The notes under the pieces: model-generated
The model's database searches: none
Told to the model about the DNA's origin: nothing
Seen by the model: only the letters and a program-made list of their open reading frames with translations
DNA from: Candidatus Falkowbacteria bacterium
GTDB lineage: Bacteria > Patescibacteriota > Patescibacteriia > Patescibacteriales > UBA12465
Direction: 5' to 3'
Assembly: GCA_016432645.1 (NCBI GenBank)
Contig: CP066698.1
Span: 453,062 to 517,061, forward strand
Length of the DNA stretch: 64,000 bases
Program-made: the position numbers and the translations under genes
In this document: positions 1 to 11,005 of the stretch, piece by piece
How the letters are laid out: every line of letters starts with the position of its first letter
How positions within the stretch are numbered: position 1 is the first letter of the stretch

Positions 1-659
1 AGTGTTTCAATAATGATAGCTACCGCCGACAATGTTATAATAGCTGTTATAAATTTACCAAAATAGTTAAAACATTTAATCATTAACTTAGGAAATTTGC
101 ACAAACCAAAAGTAATAGCTACGGCTAAAATTAAAATTGGCAGCAAATTTATTATAATCATTCCTATATTAAACCCAGCAAAAATTCCAGCAAAAAAAGC
201 ACCAAGTGGAATTGTAATTATTCCAGATAAAATACCTAAAGCTAAAAATTCATAATCAGATTTTTCAATAATACCCAAGGCAACTGGTATGGTAAATACT
301 AGAGTTGCTCCCATCATAGAAGCGACTATTAATCCTGATAATAAACCAGCTTCGCTGCTACTAGCTAGCTTTAGTGCTAAATGATAACCACCCATATCAT
401 TAGCTAAAAAAGTACCGGCAAACATTGCAGGATCAGCACCAATAAATTTATAAACTGGGGTAATAAGCGGCGCTAAGTAACGAGCCAACACAGGTGCAAT
501 CGATATCATGCCTAACATCGCAATGGCCAATGAGCCCATGGCCATAAAACCTTCATCAAATTTTTTACCAAGGCCAAGTTTATTGCCAAAAATTTTATCA
601 AGAGCACTAAGAATTATAAATCCGACAAGTATATATATTATCACTTGATTTAAAATCAT
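1..659 (-). CDS. eutH: Ethanolamine utilization membrane protein EutH (3' end runs off the window)
   Basis: Manual translation from ATG at 659: MILNQVIIYILVGFIILSALDKIFGNKLGLGKKFDEGFMAMGSLAIAMLGMISIAP...GADPAMFAGTFLANDMGGY...MMGATLVFTIPVALG, which are EutH-family motifs. Not in the ORF track because there is no stop in the window. Confidence 0.85.
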   Translation of the reverse strand, partial: MILNQVIIYILVGFIILSALDKIFGNKLGLGKKFDEGFMAMGSLAIAMLGMISIAPVLARYLAPLITPVYKFIGADPAMFAGTFLANDMGGYHLALKLASSSEAGLLSGLIVASMMGATLVFTIPVALGIIEKSDYEFLALGILSGIITIPLGAFFAGIFAGFNIGMIIINLLPILILAVAITFGLCKFPKLMIKCFNYFGKFITAIITLSAVAIIIET

Positions 660-732
660 AAACAAAAAAATTTACAAGCTAATTTATTATATTTTAATTA
701 TACCATTTCATTCTAAAGCAATATACTTCTAT

Positions 733-760
733 AAAAAATAGCCCTAAAATAGGGCTATTT
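733..760 (-). terminator. Intrinsic terminator downstream of tRNA-Ser
   Basis: AAAAAATAGCCCT-aaaat-AGGGCTATTT hairpin; gives a U-tract on the minus strand. Confidence 0.7.
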
Positions 761-768
761 ACAATCTG

Positions 769-855
769 CGGAGAGAGAGGGATTCGAACCCTCGAAGGCT
801 TTGACACCTTACCCGCTTTCCAAGCGAGCGCAATCGACCACTATGCGACCTCTCC
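769..855 (-). tRNA. tRNA-Ser(GGA), CCA not encoded
   Basis: Reverse complement GGAGAGGTCGCATAGTGGTCGATTGCGCTCGCTTGGAAAGCGGGTAAGGTGTCAAAGCCTTCGAGGGTTCGAATCCCTCTCTCTCCG: cloverleaf, anticodon GGA, long variable arm, GTTCGAATC T-loop. Confidence 0.95.
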
Positions 856-902
856 AATTAAAGAGCGGACGAACCGCTCTTATCTATTTTAAATTGTGTT
901 TT

Positions 903-1640
903 TTATTTAGTTTCGGCCGGCAGTTGATTTAGTTGCCTATCAATCACCGCTCTTAAACCTTCAATGGCGTCGCCATTAGAATCAACAAAATCGCTGTATG
1001 GACGGGCACCGATTATCATTTCATTGCCGACAAAAATTGTCGGGGCGCCTAAAACTAAATTCTTATCAGCTTCGGCCATCACTGCCTCCAATTTTACGGA
1101 TTTTTCTTCATTAGTCAAGCAAGCGTTAAAGACGGTTTCATCCAATCCCAACTGAGCAGCGTAAGCACCAAAACCGCCAGCCACCAATCTGCCCTCCTTA
1201 GCCTCCGCTAAAATCAAATCGCGCATTTCCGTGAACTTATCAACATCGGCCGCGCACATCAAAGCCAAAGCTCCTTCACGCGAAATATTATTGCCGGCAG
1301 TTACAAATGGCCGGATTACAATCGCTAGCTTATCGCCAGACTCGGAAATTATTCTTTTTAAAGTAGCGGCTAACTCAGAGCTATAAGGACTTGAGTAATC
1401 TTCGTAGACAAAGATGGTGAGCGGCGCCGTTTTCTCGCCGATAATATTATCATCCGCAGCCAAATTTAAAACTTCCCCGACCGGCTCATAGCTGCTAGTT
1501 TTAGCGCCAGTTATCGTTTTATATGGCTCGCCCGTTACTACTTCGGTTCTGGGCTTACGGCCGCCGATGAGCGCTAAGGCAGTGGCCGTGATAATTAACA
1601 AGGCGGCCAGCAGATACCAAATCTTTTTTGTGTTTGTCAT
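903..1640 (-). CDS. Membrane-anchored DsbA/BdbD-like thioredoxin-fold protein lacking the CxxC (SPYS)
   Basis: N-terminal TM; IIGEKTAPLTIFVYEDYSSPYS at the usual GxxxAxVTIVEFSDFxCPxC position; GAPT cis-Pro loop; IGARPY. Confidence 0.8.
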   Translation of the reverse strand: MTNTKKIWYLLAALLIITATALALIGGRKPRTEVVTGEPYKTITGAKTSSYEPVGEVLNLAADDNIIGEKTAPLTIFVYEDYSSPYSSELAATLKRIISESGDKLAIVIRPFVTAGNNISREGALALMCAADVDKFTEMRDLILAEAKEGRLVAGGFGAYAAQLGLDETVFNACLTNEEKSVKLEAVMAEADKNLVLGAPTIFVGNEMIIGARPYSDFVDSNGDAIEGLRAVIDRQLNQLPAETK

Positions 1641-1665
1641 ACGAATATTTTTTATCTTATAAAAT

Positions 1666-3114
1666 TTAAACTAAAAACTCAGTAATCTTAAACAAGGTTT
1701 CTTCTTGAAAGCGGGGAGCGATTAACTGCGCGCCCAAAGGCATATCGCCACCATCTTTAACCTTCACGGTTCCCGCCGGCACGGAAATTGCCGGCAGACC
1801 AGCCAAACTCGCGCCGGTCACAAAAATATCTTCTAAATACATCGCTAATGGATCATTTGATTTCTCGCCGATTTTAAAAGCTCCATGGGGCACAGTTGGG
1901 GTTAATAAAACATCAACTTGCTTAAAGGCTTGATTAAAATCATTAATAATTAAAGTGCGGACCGTTTGGGCTTTTTTATAATAAGCATCATAATAACCGG
2001 CAGACAAGGCGTAAGTGCCAAGCATGATTCTTCTCTTAGCTTCCGGACCAAAACCGGCACCGCGGCTTTTTTTATAAAACTCTTGCAAGTTCTGAGCCTC
2101 TTCATCCTTCAAACCCCAGCCGATACCATCAAAACGCGCCAAATTAGAACTAATTTCTGAAGGCGTAATTATATAATAAACCGGAATGCCATATTTAGTA
2201 TAAGGGAGGCTCACCTCTTTAATCTCTGCGCCGGCATCTTTTAACTTATCGGCTAAAACCATAACGCGATTTCTAATTTCCGGATTTAATTCCGGTAAAA
2301 AATATTCTTTGGGCAAACCAACACGCAGGCCGTTTAAAGTCTTAGCGCGCGGGTCAATAATCTTTTTTTGCGAATCGCTGATTATTTTTTCCGGAGCGCT
2401 CGTCGCGTCTAATTCATCCTGGCCGGCGATTACCTTAAAAATTATTTCGGCGTCTTCGGCCGTCTTGGCAATCGGGCCGATGACATCAGTGGAAGAAGTC
2501 ATGGATAATAAACCGAAACGGGAAACTCGGCCATAACTTGGTTTCAAACCAACCACACCGCAAAAACTGGAGGGCTGTCGAATAGAACCACCGGTATCTG
2601 AAGCGAGTGCAAACAAGCACATATTAGCTGCAACTCCAGCCGCACTGCCGCCGGAAGAACCGCCGGCCACGCGCGTTAAATCATAAGGGTTTTTTGTGGG
2701 GCCGAAAGCGGAATTTTCCGTGGAGGCGCCATGAGCAAATTCATCTAAATTAGTTTTTCCGAGCATCACTGCTCCCGCCTCTTTTAGTTTGCGGACAACG
2801 GTCGCATCATAAGGTGCAACATAATTTTCTAAGATTTTAGAAGCAGCGGTTGTCCGAATTCCTTTGGTCATTAAAATGTCTTTACAAAGATAAGGAATAC
2901 CCAAAAGAGCTCCTCTTTCGCCTTGTTTAAGCCGCTTATCAGCCGCTTGAGCCGCTTCCCTAGCCTCATTAGCACAAACCGTTAAACAGGCATGAATTCC
3001 CCCATCCTGAGATGCTATTTGCGCCAAACAAGCCTCGGTAATCTCTAAAGAAGTGATTTTACCGCTATCCAATAATTCGCGCGCCTGTTTAATGTTTAAT
3101 TCGTTTAAATTCAT
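1666..3114 (-). CDS. gatA: Asp-tRNA(Asn)/Glu-tRNA(Gln) amidotransferase subunit A
   Basis: Amidase signature GKTNLDEFAHG, GGSSGGSAA, SDTGGSIRQP; RRIMLGTYALSAGYYDAYY. Confidence 0.97.
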   Translation of the reverse strand: MNLNELNIKQARELLDSGKITSLEITEACLAQIASQDGGIHACLTVCANEAREAAQAADKRLKQGERGALLGIPYLCKDILMTKGIRTTAASKILENYVAPYDATVVRKLKEAGAVMLGKTNLDEFAHGASTENSAFGPTKNPYDLTRVAGGSSGGSAAGVAANMCLFALASDTGGSIRQPSSFCGVVGLKPSYGRVSRFGLLSMTSSTDVIGPIAKTAEDAEIIFKVIAGQDELDATSAPEKIISDSQKKIIDPRAKTLNGLRVGLPKEYFLPELNPEIRNRVMVLADKLKDAGAEIKEVSLPYTKYGIPVYYIITPSEISSNLARFDGIGWGLKDEEAQNLQEFYKKSRGAGFGPEAKRRIMLGTYALSAGYYDAYYKKAQTVRTLIINDFNQAFKQVDVLLTPTVPHGAFKIGEKSNDPLAMYLEDIFVTGASLAGLPAISVPAGTVKVKDGGDMPLGAQLIAPRFQEETLFKITEFLV

Positions 3115-3119
3115 ACTAA

Positions 3120-3410
3120 TTACTGCAAAACTCTTTTAACTTTAACATTGCCATTTTCTCGTTCACTTTGACTGAGTGCCGCTTCGGCCTCTTCCCGGCT
3201 CCAGGACCGAACCTCGTCTTCCCGAAAGACATCCATTAAGCCGCTGACTTGGGCGGTGGGCATAACTTTATCGGTTTTAACTTCATCCAGCATTTTTATA
3301 TAATCCAAAATCGAAGCAAGTTGATTGCGATATTTCTCCTCTTCTTCCGGACTCAAATTTAAGCGGGAAAGTTCGGCAATATGTTGAATTTCTTCTTTGC
3401 TAAGCTGCAT
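3120..3410 (-). CDS. gatC: Amidotransferase subunit C
   Basis: LSKEEIQHIAELSRL...ILDYIKMLDEV...FREDEV; directly upstream of gatA. Confidence 0.95.
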   Translation of the reverse strand: MQLSKEEIQHIAELSRLNLSPEEEEKYRNQLASILDYIKMLDEVKTDKVMPTAQVSGLMDVFREDEVRSWSREEAEAALSQSERENGNVKVKRVLQ

Positions 3411-3414
3411 AATT

Positions 3415-5562
<2,148 letters not shown>

Positions 5563-5571
5563 TTATAACAC

Positions 5572-5599
5572 AAAAACCCTGCTTTTGGCAGGGCTTTTT
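5572..5599 (-). terminator. Intrinsic terminator
   Basis: AAAAACCCTGC-ttttg-GCAGGG hairpin with A-tract on the + strand. Confidence 0.6.
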
Positions 5600-5617
5600 G
5601 AGCTGCAAAAATTTAAT

Positions 5618-5848
5618 TTATTGAGCCGGAGTAGCGGCTGGAGTCTCATTAGCGGCCGCGCCCTTGGTGGCGTTATTAATAAAGGTGACGATGTCATTAA
5701 CAGTCTGAGTATTTTGGTTGGTAGCTGTTTCGAGCTGCGCTAAACGAGCGCTTTGGTTTCTTAAGCTGGCGGTAAATTGCCAGAAAACCATTACCATGGC
5801 ACCAAAGATGATTCCGACAATCAGCGGAAAAACGATTTCTTTTTTCAT
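5618..5848 (-). CDS. Small single-TM coiled-coil protein (76 aa; start reassigned to MKKEIV)
   Basis: ATG at 5848; TM helix then heptad region; resembles the neighbour 5910-6116. Confidence 0.7.
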   Translation of the reverse strand: MKKEIVFPLIVGIIFGAMVMVFWQFTASLRNQSARLAQLETATNQNTQTVNDIVTFINNATKGAAANETPAATPAQ

Positions 5849-5909
5849 AGAATTATTATTGAGTCCGTCTCCGGCTAAAGCCTTAGTTGACGGTCTTTTT
5901 ATATTTTTA

Positions 5910-6116
5910 TTATTTATTAGTGTTCTGGGCATTGAGGTTGGCATTAAAGAAATTAACAATACTAGTAATTTTGGCGGAGTCTTGGCCAATAGTATTTTGT
6001 AATTCCATCATTTTCTTGTCCATGCGATTTAAAGACACATAAAAATAAGTTAACAGCCCGGCGAAAACTAGAATTAAGATAATCGCCACCAGATTTCCAA
6101 TCATGTTTTTTTTCAT
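5910..6116 (-). CDS. Small single-TM coiled-coil protein, paralog of 5618-5848
   Basis: MKK-TM-coiled coil; SIVNFFN versus DIVTFIN in the paralog. Confidence 0.7.
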   Translation of the reverse strand: MKKNMIGNLVAIILILVFAGLLTYFYVSLNRMDKKMMELQNTIGQDSAKITSIVNFFNANLNAQNTNK

Positions 6117-6188
6117 ATTCTAAGATTAAAGTTTAAAAGAAGAAGATTTTCTCCACTTCTTTAAACTATAAATTATTATCTGAATTTT

Positions 6189-6217
6189 ATTATAGCAATT
6201 CTGAAAATTTCTGACAA
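6189..6217 (-). promoter_or_regulatory. sigma70-type promoter
   Basis: Minus strand TTGTCA-17 nt-TATAAT with extended TG. Confidence 0.65.
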
Positions 6218-6226
6218 CCGCGACAA

Positions 6227-6811
6227 TTATTTAACCACAATAATATGCCCTTGGGGCCCGGATTGCAAGCCGCCGCAAGCTGAACAATAATAGATAAAGT
6301 CGCCGTCTTGCAGGGCTTGAAATTCTAAGGTTTTAGTTTCCCCTTGATTGGGTGCCTGTTTCATATTATAACCGGAGATGGTGAAGTCATAAGCCTTGTC
6401 AACTGCCGTAAATTCAATATGAACCGTGTCCCCTTGATTAACAATTATTTTTTCCGGAATAAATTTATCAGCCTGGGCTTTAACATTAAAAATTCTAATT
6501 TGAGCTGATGAGCCTTCGACCACCGGAACCGCGGCGGTTGGCACGGCAATTTGCTCCTTTAAATTATCGGGTATAATAGTTTTCATTTCCGGCACAACCA
6601 CGCCTTCAGGCACCGCCTTGCGCGTATCCGTTTCTTCCCAATCGCGAGGCGTAGTAGAACTCTGAGAAGCATCAGGTACGAATTGATTGCCAACTTCAAC
6701 AACCGGCGTTACTGCTTGATTGCCAGATTTTAACTGCCAAAGGATAAGCGCCAGCAAAGCCAAAATAAGGATAAAACCTAAAGCTAAAATAATTTTTTTC
6801 TTATTATCCAT
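6227..6811 (-). CDS. Membrane-anchored cupredoxin-domain protein (start MDNKKK)
   Basis: N-terminal TM; FIPEKIIVNQGDTVHIEF...GETKTLEF...GDFIYYC...GHIIV cupredoxin pattern. Confidence 0.75.
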   Translation of the reverse strand: MDNKKKIILALGFILILALLALILWQLKSGNQAVTPVVEVGNQFVPDASQSSTTPRDWEETDTRKAVPEGVVVPEMKTIIPDNLKEQIAVPTAAVPVVEGSSAQIRIFNVKAQADKFIPEKIIVNQGDTVHIEFTAVDKAYDFTISGYNMKQAPNQGETKTLEFQALQDGDFIYYCSACGGLQSGPQGHIIVVK

Positions 6812-6815
6812 ATCC

Positions 6816-7202
6816 TTATTTAACGTATTCGTACAAAATCTCCGAATCTTGATTAATAGTTTTCCAGGCAATGCACTTACCGTCCGCATCGCGATCTAAA
6901 ACCTGAATCCGCGCGGCTGTTGGAATGCCCATGGCTTGCTTTTCTGTATCAGACATAAATTCTACTTCCACTTTTTCCGCCTGCGGATCGCCGGCAAAAG
7001 AATAAGTGTTAGGATTGGCGTTGTTCACCAGGGCCTCCGGTTCCGGTGAGGCTATCGGGCCGGTGCTCACTGATTCTAAATTTGTCGGAGCCGCTAAATT
7101 AGAATTGCGTGAAACTGATTTTTTTAAAAAAACTAAAGACAAAACGGCTGCAATTAAAACCAGCAGGACGATAATAACAATAAGCTTTTTTTGATGGCTC
7201 AT
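6816..7202 (-). CDS. Membrane-anchored hypothetical protein, paralog 1 of a triplet
   Basis: N-terminal TM; C-terminal VEFMSDTEKQAMGI...RIQVLDRD...AWKTI. Confidence 0.8.
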   Translation of the reverse strand: MSHQKKLIVIIVLLVLIAAVLSLVFLKKSVSRNSNLAAPTNLESVSTGPIASPEPEALVNNANPNTYSFAGDPQAEKVEVEFMSDTEKQAMGIPTAARIQVLDRDADGKCIAWKTINQDSEILYEYVK

Positions 7203-7216
7203 AATATTAAAGAGTT

Positions 7217-7579
7217 TTACTGCTCTAAATTATTTATTATATCAACATCGGCATTAATAACTTTATAAGCCAAAACAACATTAGTCGCTTTATCGCGCGC
7301 TAAAACTTGGACTCGAGTGCTAGTACTAATTCCCATGGCCTGTTTTTCTTCATCATTCATAAACTCCACCTTAAAATCAGCGCCCGCTTCTTTTTTCCAA
7401 TCAATTGTTTCCGGAACCGAGACGGCGGATTGCGGCGTGGCATTTTCATTAAACTCTTCTTGGCTTAATTTGTCATTTGAATTATTAGCTCCCTGTTTTC
7501 CGGCTAGGGCTAAAACAACAGCCAGAGCAACAATCACAACACCAATTACCGCCATCAAGATTGTTTTTTTATTGTTCAT
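7217..7579 (-). CDS. Membrane-anchored hypothetical protein, paralog 2
   Basis: VEFMNDEEKQAMGI...RVQVLARD...AYKVI. Confidence 0.8.
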   Translation of the reverse strand: MNNKKTILMAVIGVVIVALAVVLALAGKQGANNSNDKLSQEEFNENATPQSAVSVPETIDWKKEAGADFKVEFMNDEEKQAMGISTSTRVQVLARDKATNVVLAYKVINADVDIINNLEQ

Positions 7580-7596
7580 AATAATATTATTTTAAT

Positions 7597-7902
7597 TTAT
7601 TGATTTAGATTAATAATATCGGACTCGGAGCGGATAATTTTATAAGCTTCAACTTTGCCGTCAGCGTCACGGGAAATAACTTGCAGATTTAATTGAGGGC
7701 CGAGCTTCATTTCAACTTTCTCGGATTCAGTCATCATCTCCGGCACGAACTCGGCAGCGGGCTGAGCTGAATCTTGATTATTAACATCAGCTGGGGTGTT
7801 CACCTTTTTTTCCTTCAGACTAATATTCACTAAAAGATAAGCTAAAAAAATAAGCACTAACACAAAAATTAATAGCAAAATCTTTTTGATATTTTTCTTC
7901 AT
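7597..7902 (-). CDS. Membrane-anchored hypothetical protein, paralog 3
   Basis: PEMMTESEKVEMKL...LQVISRD...AYKII. Confidence 0.8.
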   Translation of the reverse strand: MKKNIKKILLLIFVLVLIFLAYLLVNISLKEKKVNTPADVNNQDSAQPAAEFVPEMMTESEKVEMKLGPQLNLQVISRDADGKVEAYKIIRSESDIINLNQ

Positions 7903-7936
7903 ATTTTCCAGGAGATTATTTATCTAAGATACTATA

Positions 7937-7965
7937 ATTATAGCAATTTCAGGCTCTAGGGTCAA
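7937..7965 (-). promoter_or_regulatory. sigma70-type promoter for the paralog triplet
   Basis: Minus strand TTGACC-17 nt-TATAAT with extended TG. Confidence 0.65.
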
Positions 7966-7966
7966 T

Positions 7967-7995
7967 AAAAAAAGGACATCTCGAAAGATGCCCTT
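7967..7995 (-). terminator. Terminator of the 8020-9464 cassette
   Basis: AAAAAAAGGACATC-tcgaaa-GATGCCCTT imperfect hairpin. Confidence 0.55.
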
Positions 7996-8019
7996 AACTT
8001 ATATTTTAGACTGATTAGT

Positions 8020-8808
8020 CTATTGTTTTATAAGTTTAACAACCGTTTTGCCGGCTTTAAGAAAGTAGATGCCGGGTTTTAAGCCAGCGGTGGAAATCTT
8101 GGCCAAACCGGGCTGCAAGCGCTGGCTAGCCAAAACGCGTCCGCTAGCATCAACGATAAACGCATCGACGTTTTGAAACGAGTTAATATTCAACTCATCT
8201 ATAAACGGATTCGGAAAAGCACTAACCGGAGATTTAAAAGGATCGAAGACATTAGTTAAATCGCCAAGTTTCAAGACGCTGTCGGCGGCCACGCATTTAA
8301 TGGTGCGTAAATGATAGTTGTGATAACTCTGGCCATTAAGACCGGAGCAAACGGTACTAATCCGATATTGGATTGAGTCGCCAACTTTAAGCTGGTTAAT
8401 AAATTCAATATCACCCAGCCAACCACTCGGATAACGCCAGCATGACCAAGAACTTTTAAAACCATTTTCGGTTATATCAGTTTGGAAATAAGCTTCCTGG
8501 CCAGACTCGTTGTTAGCGAAGTAGAAATTAAACCCTGATGCTGTCGTGTCGTTGAAGATTAGAGGCAATTCCAGATAGTCCGGAGCCGATAAAACTTCAA
8601 TAACGGTGTTGCCGGAAATAAATGAGGCATTCAGATAATACGAAGCGGAATACTTCTCTCCCGGAAGGAGACAAACCACGTCCGTACTCGGGTAGATTGC
8701 TTGTTCATAGGCACCGTTTACCAGCACCTTATTGAACAGATACGAATTTTTAGCTCCAGCCAGGCCGGAAATAAAAATTACAACAACAATTAACAATAAT
8801 TTTTTCAT
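8020..8808 (-). CDS. Secreted protein with a type IX secretion (Por) C-terminal sorting-like domain
   Basis: Signal peptide; C-terminus AFPNPFIDELNI...IVDASGRVL...ISTAGLKPGIYFLK...VVKLIKQ matches the type A T9SS CTD pattern (YPNP...G...L..G.Y...K.IK). Confidence 0.75.
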   Translation of the reverse strand: MKKLLLIVVVIFISGLAGAKNSYLFNKVLVNGAYEQAIYPSTDVVCLLPGEKYSASYYLNASFISGNTVIEVLSAPDYLELPLIFNDTTASGFNFYFANNESGQEAYFQTDITENGFKSSWSCWRYPSGWLGDIEFINQLKVGDSIQYRISTVCSGLNGQSYHNYHLRTIKCVAADSVLKLGDLTNVFDPFKSPVSAFPNPFIDELNINSFQNVDAFIVDASGRVLASQRLQPGLAKISTAGLKPGIYFLKAGKTVVKLIKQ

Positions 8809-8816
8809 GGTGCTAA

Positions 8817-9464
8817 TTAATTTTGCGGTGTGAGCGAATATCCCGGATAAGTTTTAGTTAACCAGGTGAACTTGAAAATGTTGCCGATGCCGTTAGGATT
8901 GGCGTCGACAAACTTTAGACTGGGCAATAAAATTCCCATGTTAAGCGTGAGATTATTTTCACCGATAAGCATGCCGCGTCCGGAAAAAATTAAATCTCCG
9001 GTTTCTAAATCCCACATCTTAATTTTATCTTGTCCATTAATGACCAGAATAAAATTACGCGTCCGAATAATTCCGTTAAACGGAAAATCCTTGCTGGTTC
9101 CGTATTTGACTTGCGGAAATAAATAAGCGGTCACTGTAGAGCCATTTGATAAATCGAAGACAGCTTTGTCTCCGCTGGCTCTAAAATCTAAAACAGTTAC
9201 CGAATTATCATTTAAAATTTCAGCGTAATCGCCGTTGATTTTAAATAAATATTCCGTGGTATCAGCAATCATCGCCGATTTCTTAGTCAGCTCATCAGAA
9301 GTGATAAGTACCTCAGTGTCAGCGGTTGGGTAATCGCGCACAAAAGTGTGCAAGTAAAGGCCGCTAAGCGGCTGTGGTTCAAATTCATTTTCTTCCTGAC
9401 AACTCGTCAGAAAAAAGGTTGCCATAATGGCAACCAAGGCCAGTAATACAATAACTTTTTTCAT
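8817..9464 (-). CDS. Putative lipoprotein, Bacteroidota-style
   Basis: MKK-hydrophobic-FLTS/C lipobox followed by acidic QEENEFE. Confidence 0.7.
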   Translation of the reverse strand: MKKVIVLLALVAIMATFFLTSCQEENEFEPQPLSGLYLHTFVRDYPTADTEVLITSDELTKKSAMIADTTEYLFKINGDYAEILNDNSVTVLDFRASGDKAVFDLSNGSTVTAYLFPQVKYGTSKDFPFNGIIRTRNFILVINGQDKIKMWDLETGDLIFSGRGMLIGENNLTLNMGILLPSLKFVDANPNGIGNIFKFTWLTKTYPGYSLTPQN

Positions 9465-9525
9465 GACTGATATTTTTGGTTTCTATTAATTTTTAAAGTT
9501 CTCTTAATTTAATTTTAATGCTAAT

Positions 9526-9554
9526 ATTATATAATATTTTTAAATATTTGTCAA
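9526..9554 (-). promoter_or_regulatory. Perfect-consensus sigma70 promoter for 8020-9464
   Basis: Minus strand TTGACA-17 nt-TATAAT. Confidence 0.75.
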
Positions 9555-9598
9555 ATATAAGATAAAACAGCACCAAAATTAAAGCTCCAATATTAAAC

Positions 9599-9625
9599 AA
9601 AAAGGCATTAAATTAATGCCTTTTT
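9599..9625 (-). terminator. Terminator after the Cys-rich genes
   Basis: AAAAAGGCATTA-aat-TAATGCCTTTTT perfect inverted repeat. Confidence 0.75.
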
Positions 9626-9649
9626 ATAACTATTTGATACTAAATTTTA

Positions 9650-10999
9650 TTAATAGCACTCGCAAGTTCCATACGACTGAGCCACCCAAGAACCGCAATA
9701 ATCACAATAATATTGATCCCCCATACATCCCTGGCAATAACCGTAACCGCCGTTACAGTAACCGCCGGAATAACCAATATAAGTACAGAAACTGCTATTG
9801 CCATATCCATAACAAGCGCTATTATCTGAACAAACTTCGCCGCCGCAATCGCCATAGCAATTAGACGGTCCTTCCGTCGTTGTATAACAAATACCGTCAC
9901 CGCAATAACCACAATCCTTTACGCAGCTAGCGGCGGTTTCCCCGCTATCGCAAACTCCGTTACCGCAGCAAATTTCCGCGCAAGTTTTACAAGTAGTGTT
10001 GGAAAAAGTATAAGAGACTTCACAGCCATTAGCTAAACTACCGTCACAATTACAATATTGTCCGCCTGTACATTTAGCGGGATTACAAGAAGGATAAGGA
10101 CATGAGGTCCAGCGAGTATTGGTGCACCAACAGCTGGAAGCGGCCGTCGCTCCGGCGGAAGAAGTCATGTTAGCCGGACAAGTAGTTGCAGCTGCGGTTC
10201 CGCCCGTACAATAAGAGCCGACTGGACACTGAACACAGGTTGTTCCGCTGATATAATATCCGGCATTACAAGAACAAGTTTCCCCAGTAATCGTGACCGT
10301 ACCGTCAAAACAAGTAGCCGTAGCAGAACAAGAACCGTTAGTGATTGTTCTGCTGACTGATTGAGTACTATTAGCGCCGCCACTCTCTAAAGCATTATAA
10401 GAATATCCGCCCGAAGCACCGGCAGCACAATTTAACATACAAACATAATAACAACCATAAGTTGATTGATACCAAGAGCCGCTAGTGTAACGATAACCAG
10501 TATTGCAAGTTGGAACCGTACCGGTATTAGTAATAGTAACAACTCCGGTAGCACTGCAATTGGCGGTCGCACTTAAATGACCGCCATCGGTATGATAACA
10601 GGCCGGCTTATAGGCTACCCCTGTGGAACCATAATTAATGGCCGAATAAGACCAACCATCCGTTGTGCCCATCGGACATTGCGGGTTAACACAATCATCA
10701 ATCGCATCCGAACCAGCTGGTGAAACTTTGCCGCCCGTACAAGCGATTCTATCGGTAGCTCCCGGACAGTAATAATTAGCCGTGCAAGTGGAACAACTGG
10801 AGGCGCCGGCGGCGCTGTAAGTGCCGGCGGCACAAGTTCCGGAAACAGCCGTGTTACCAGTACTGCAATATGAAGAACCAGACTCTGAACAGAAAGGGCT
10901 AGAGGGAGCGGTCCCGGCAGCAATCACTGATTTAATTATCAACGCTACGGTAAATACTAGCGCTAATGAAGATAATGTAACAACAATGGCCTTCTTCAT
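9650..10999 (-). CDS. Secreted cysteine-rich repeat protein (449 aa)
   Basis: Signal/anchor; CxxGxYC (GCC2/GCC3, ephrin-receptor-like) units; CGNGVC/CGDGIC repeats. Confidence 0.85.
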   Translation of the reverse strand: MKKAIVVTLSSLALVFTVALIIKSVIAAGTAPSSPFCSESGSSYCSTGNTAVSGTCAAGTYSAAGASSCSTCTANYYCPGATDRIACTGGKVSPAGSDAIDDCVNPQCPMGTTDGWSYSAINYGSTGVAYKPACYHTDGGHLSATANCSATGVVTITNTGTVPTCNTGYRYTSGSWYQSTYGCYYVCMLNCAAGASGGYSYNALESGGANSTQSVSRTITNGSCSATATCFDGTVTITGETCSCNAGYYISGTTCVQCPVGSYCTGGTAAATTCPANMTSSAGATAASSCWCTNTRWTSCPYPSCNPAKCTGGQYCNCDGSLANGCEVSYTFSNTTCKTCAEICCGNGVCDSGETAASCVKDCGYCGDGICYTTTEGPSNCYGDCGGEVCSDNSACYGYGNSSFCTYIGYSGGYCNGGYGYCQGCMGDQYYCDYCGSWVAQSYGTCECY

Positions 11000-11005
11000 A
11001 AAATT

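Noticed and set aside
5849..5989. ORF-track extension of the 5618 gene (similar for 6889, 23824, 33291, 41451, 43242 starts)
   Set aside because: The extensions overlap neighbouring genes or spacers; downstream starts give typical signal/anchor N-termini.
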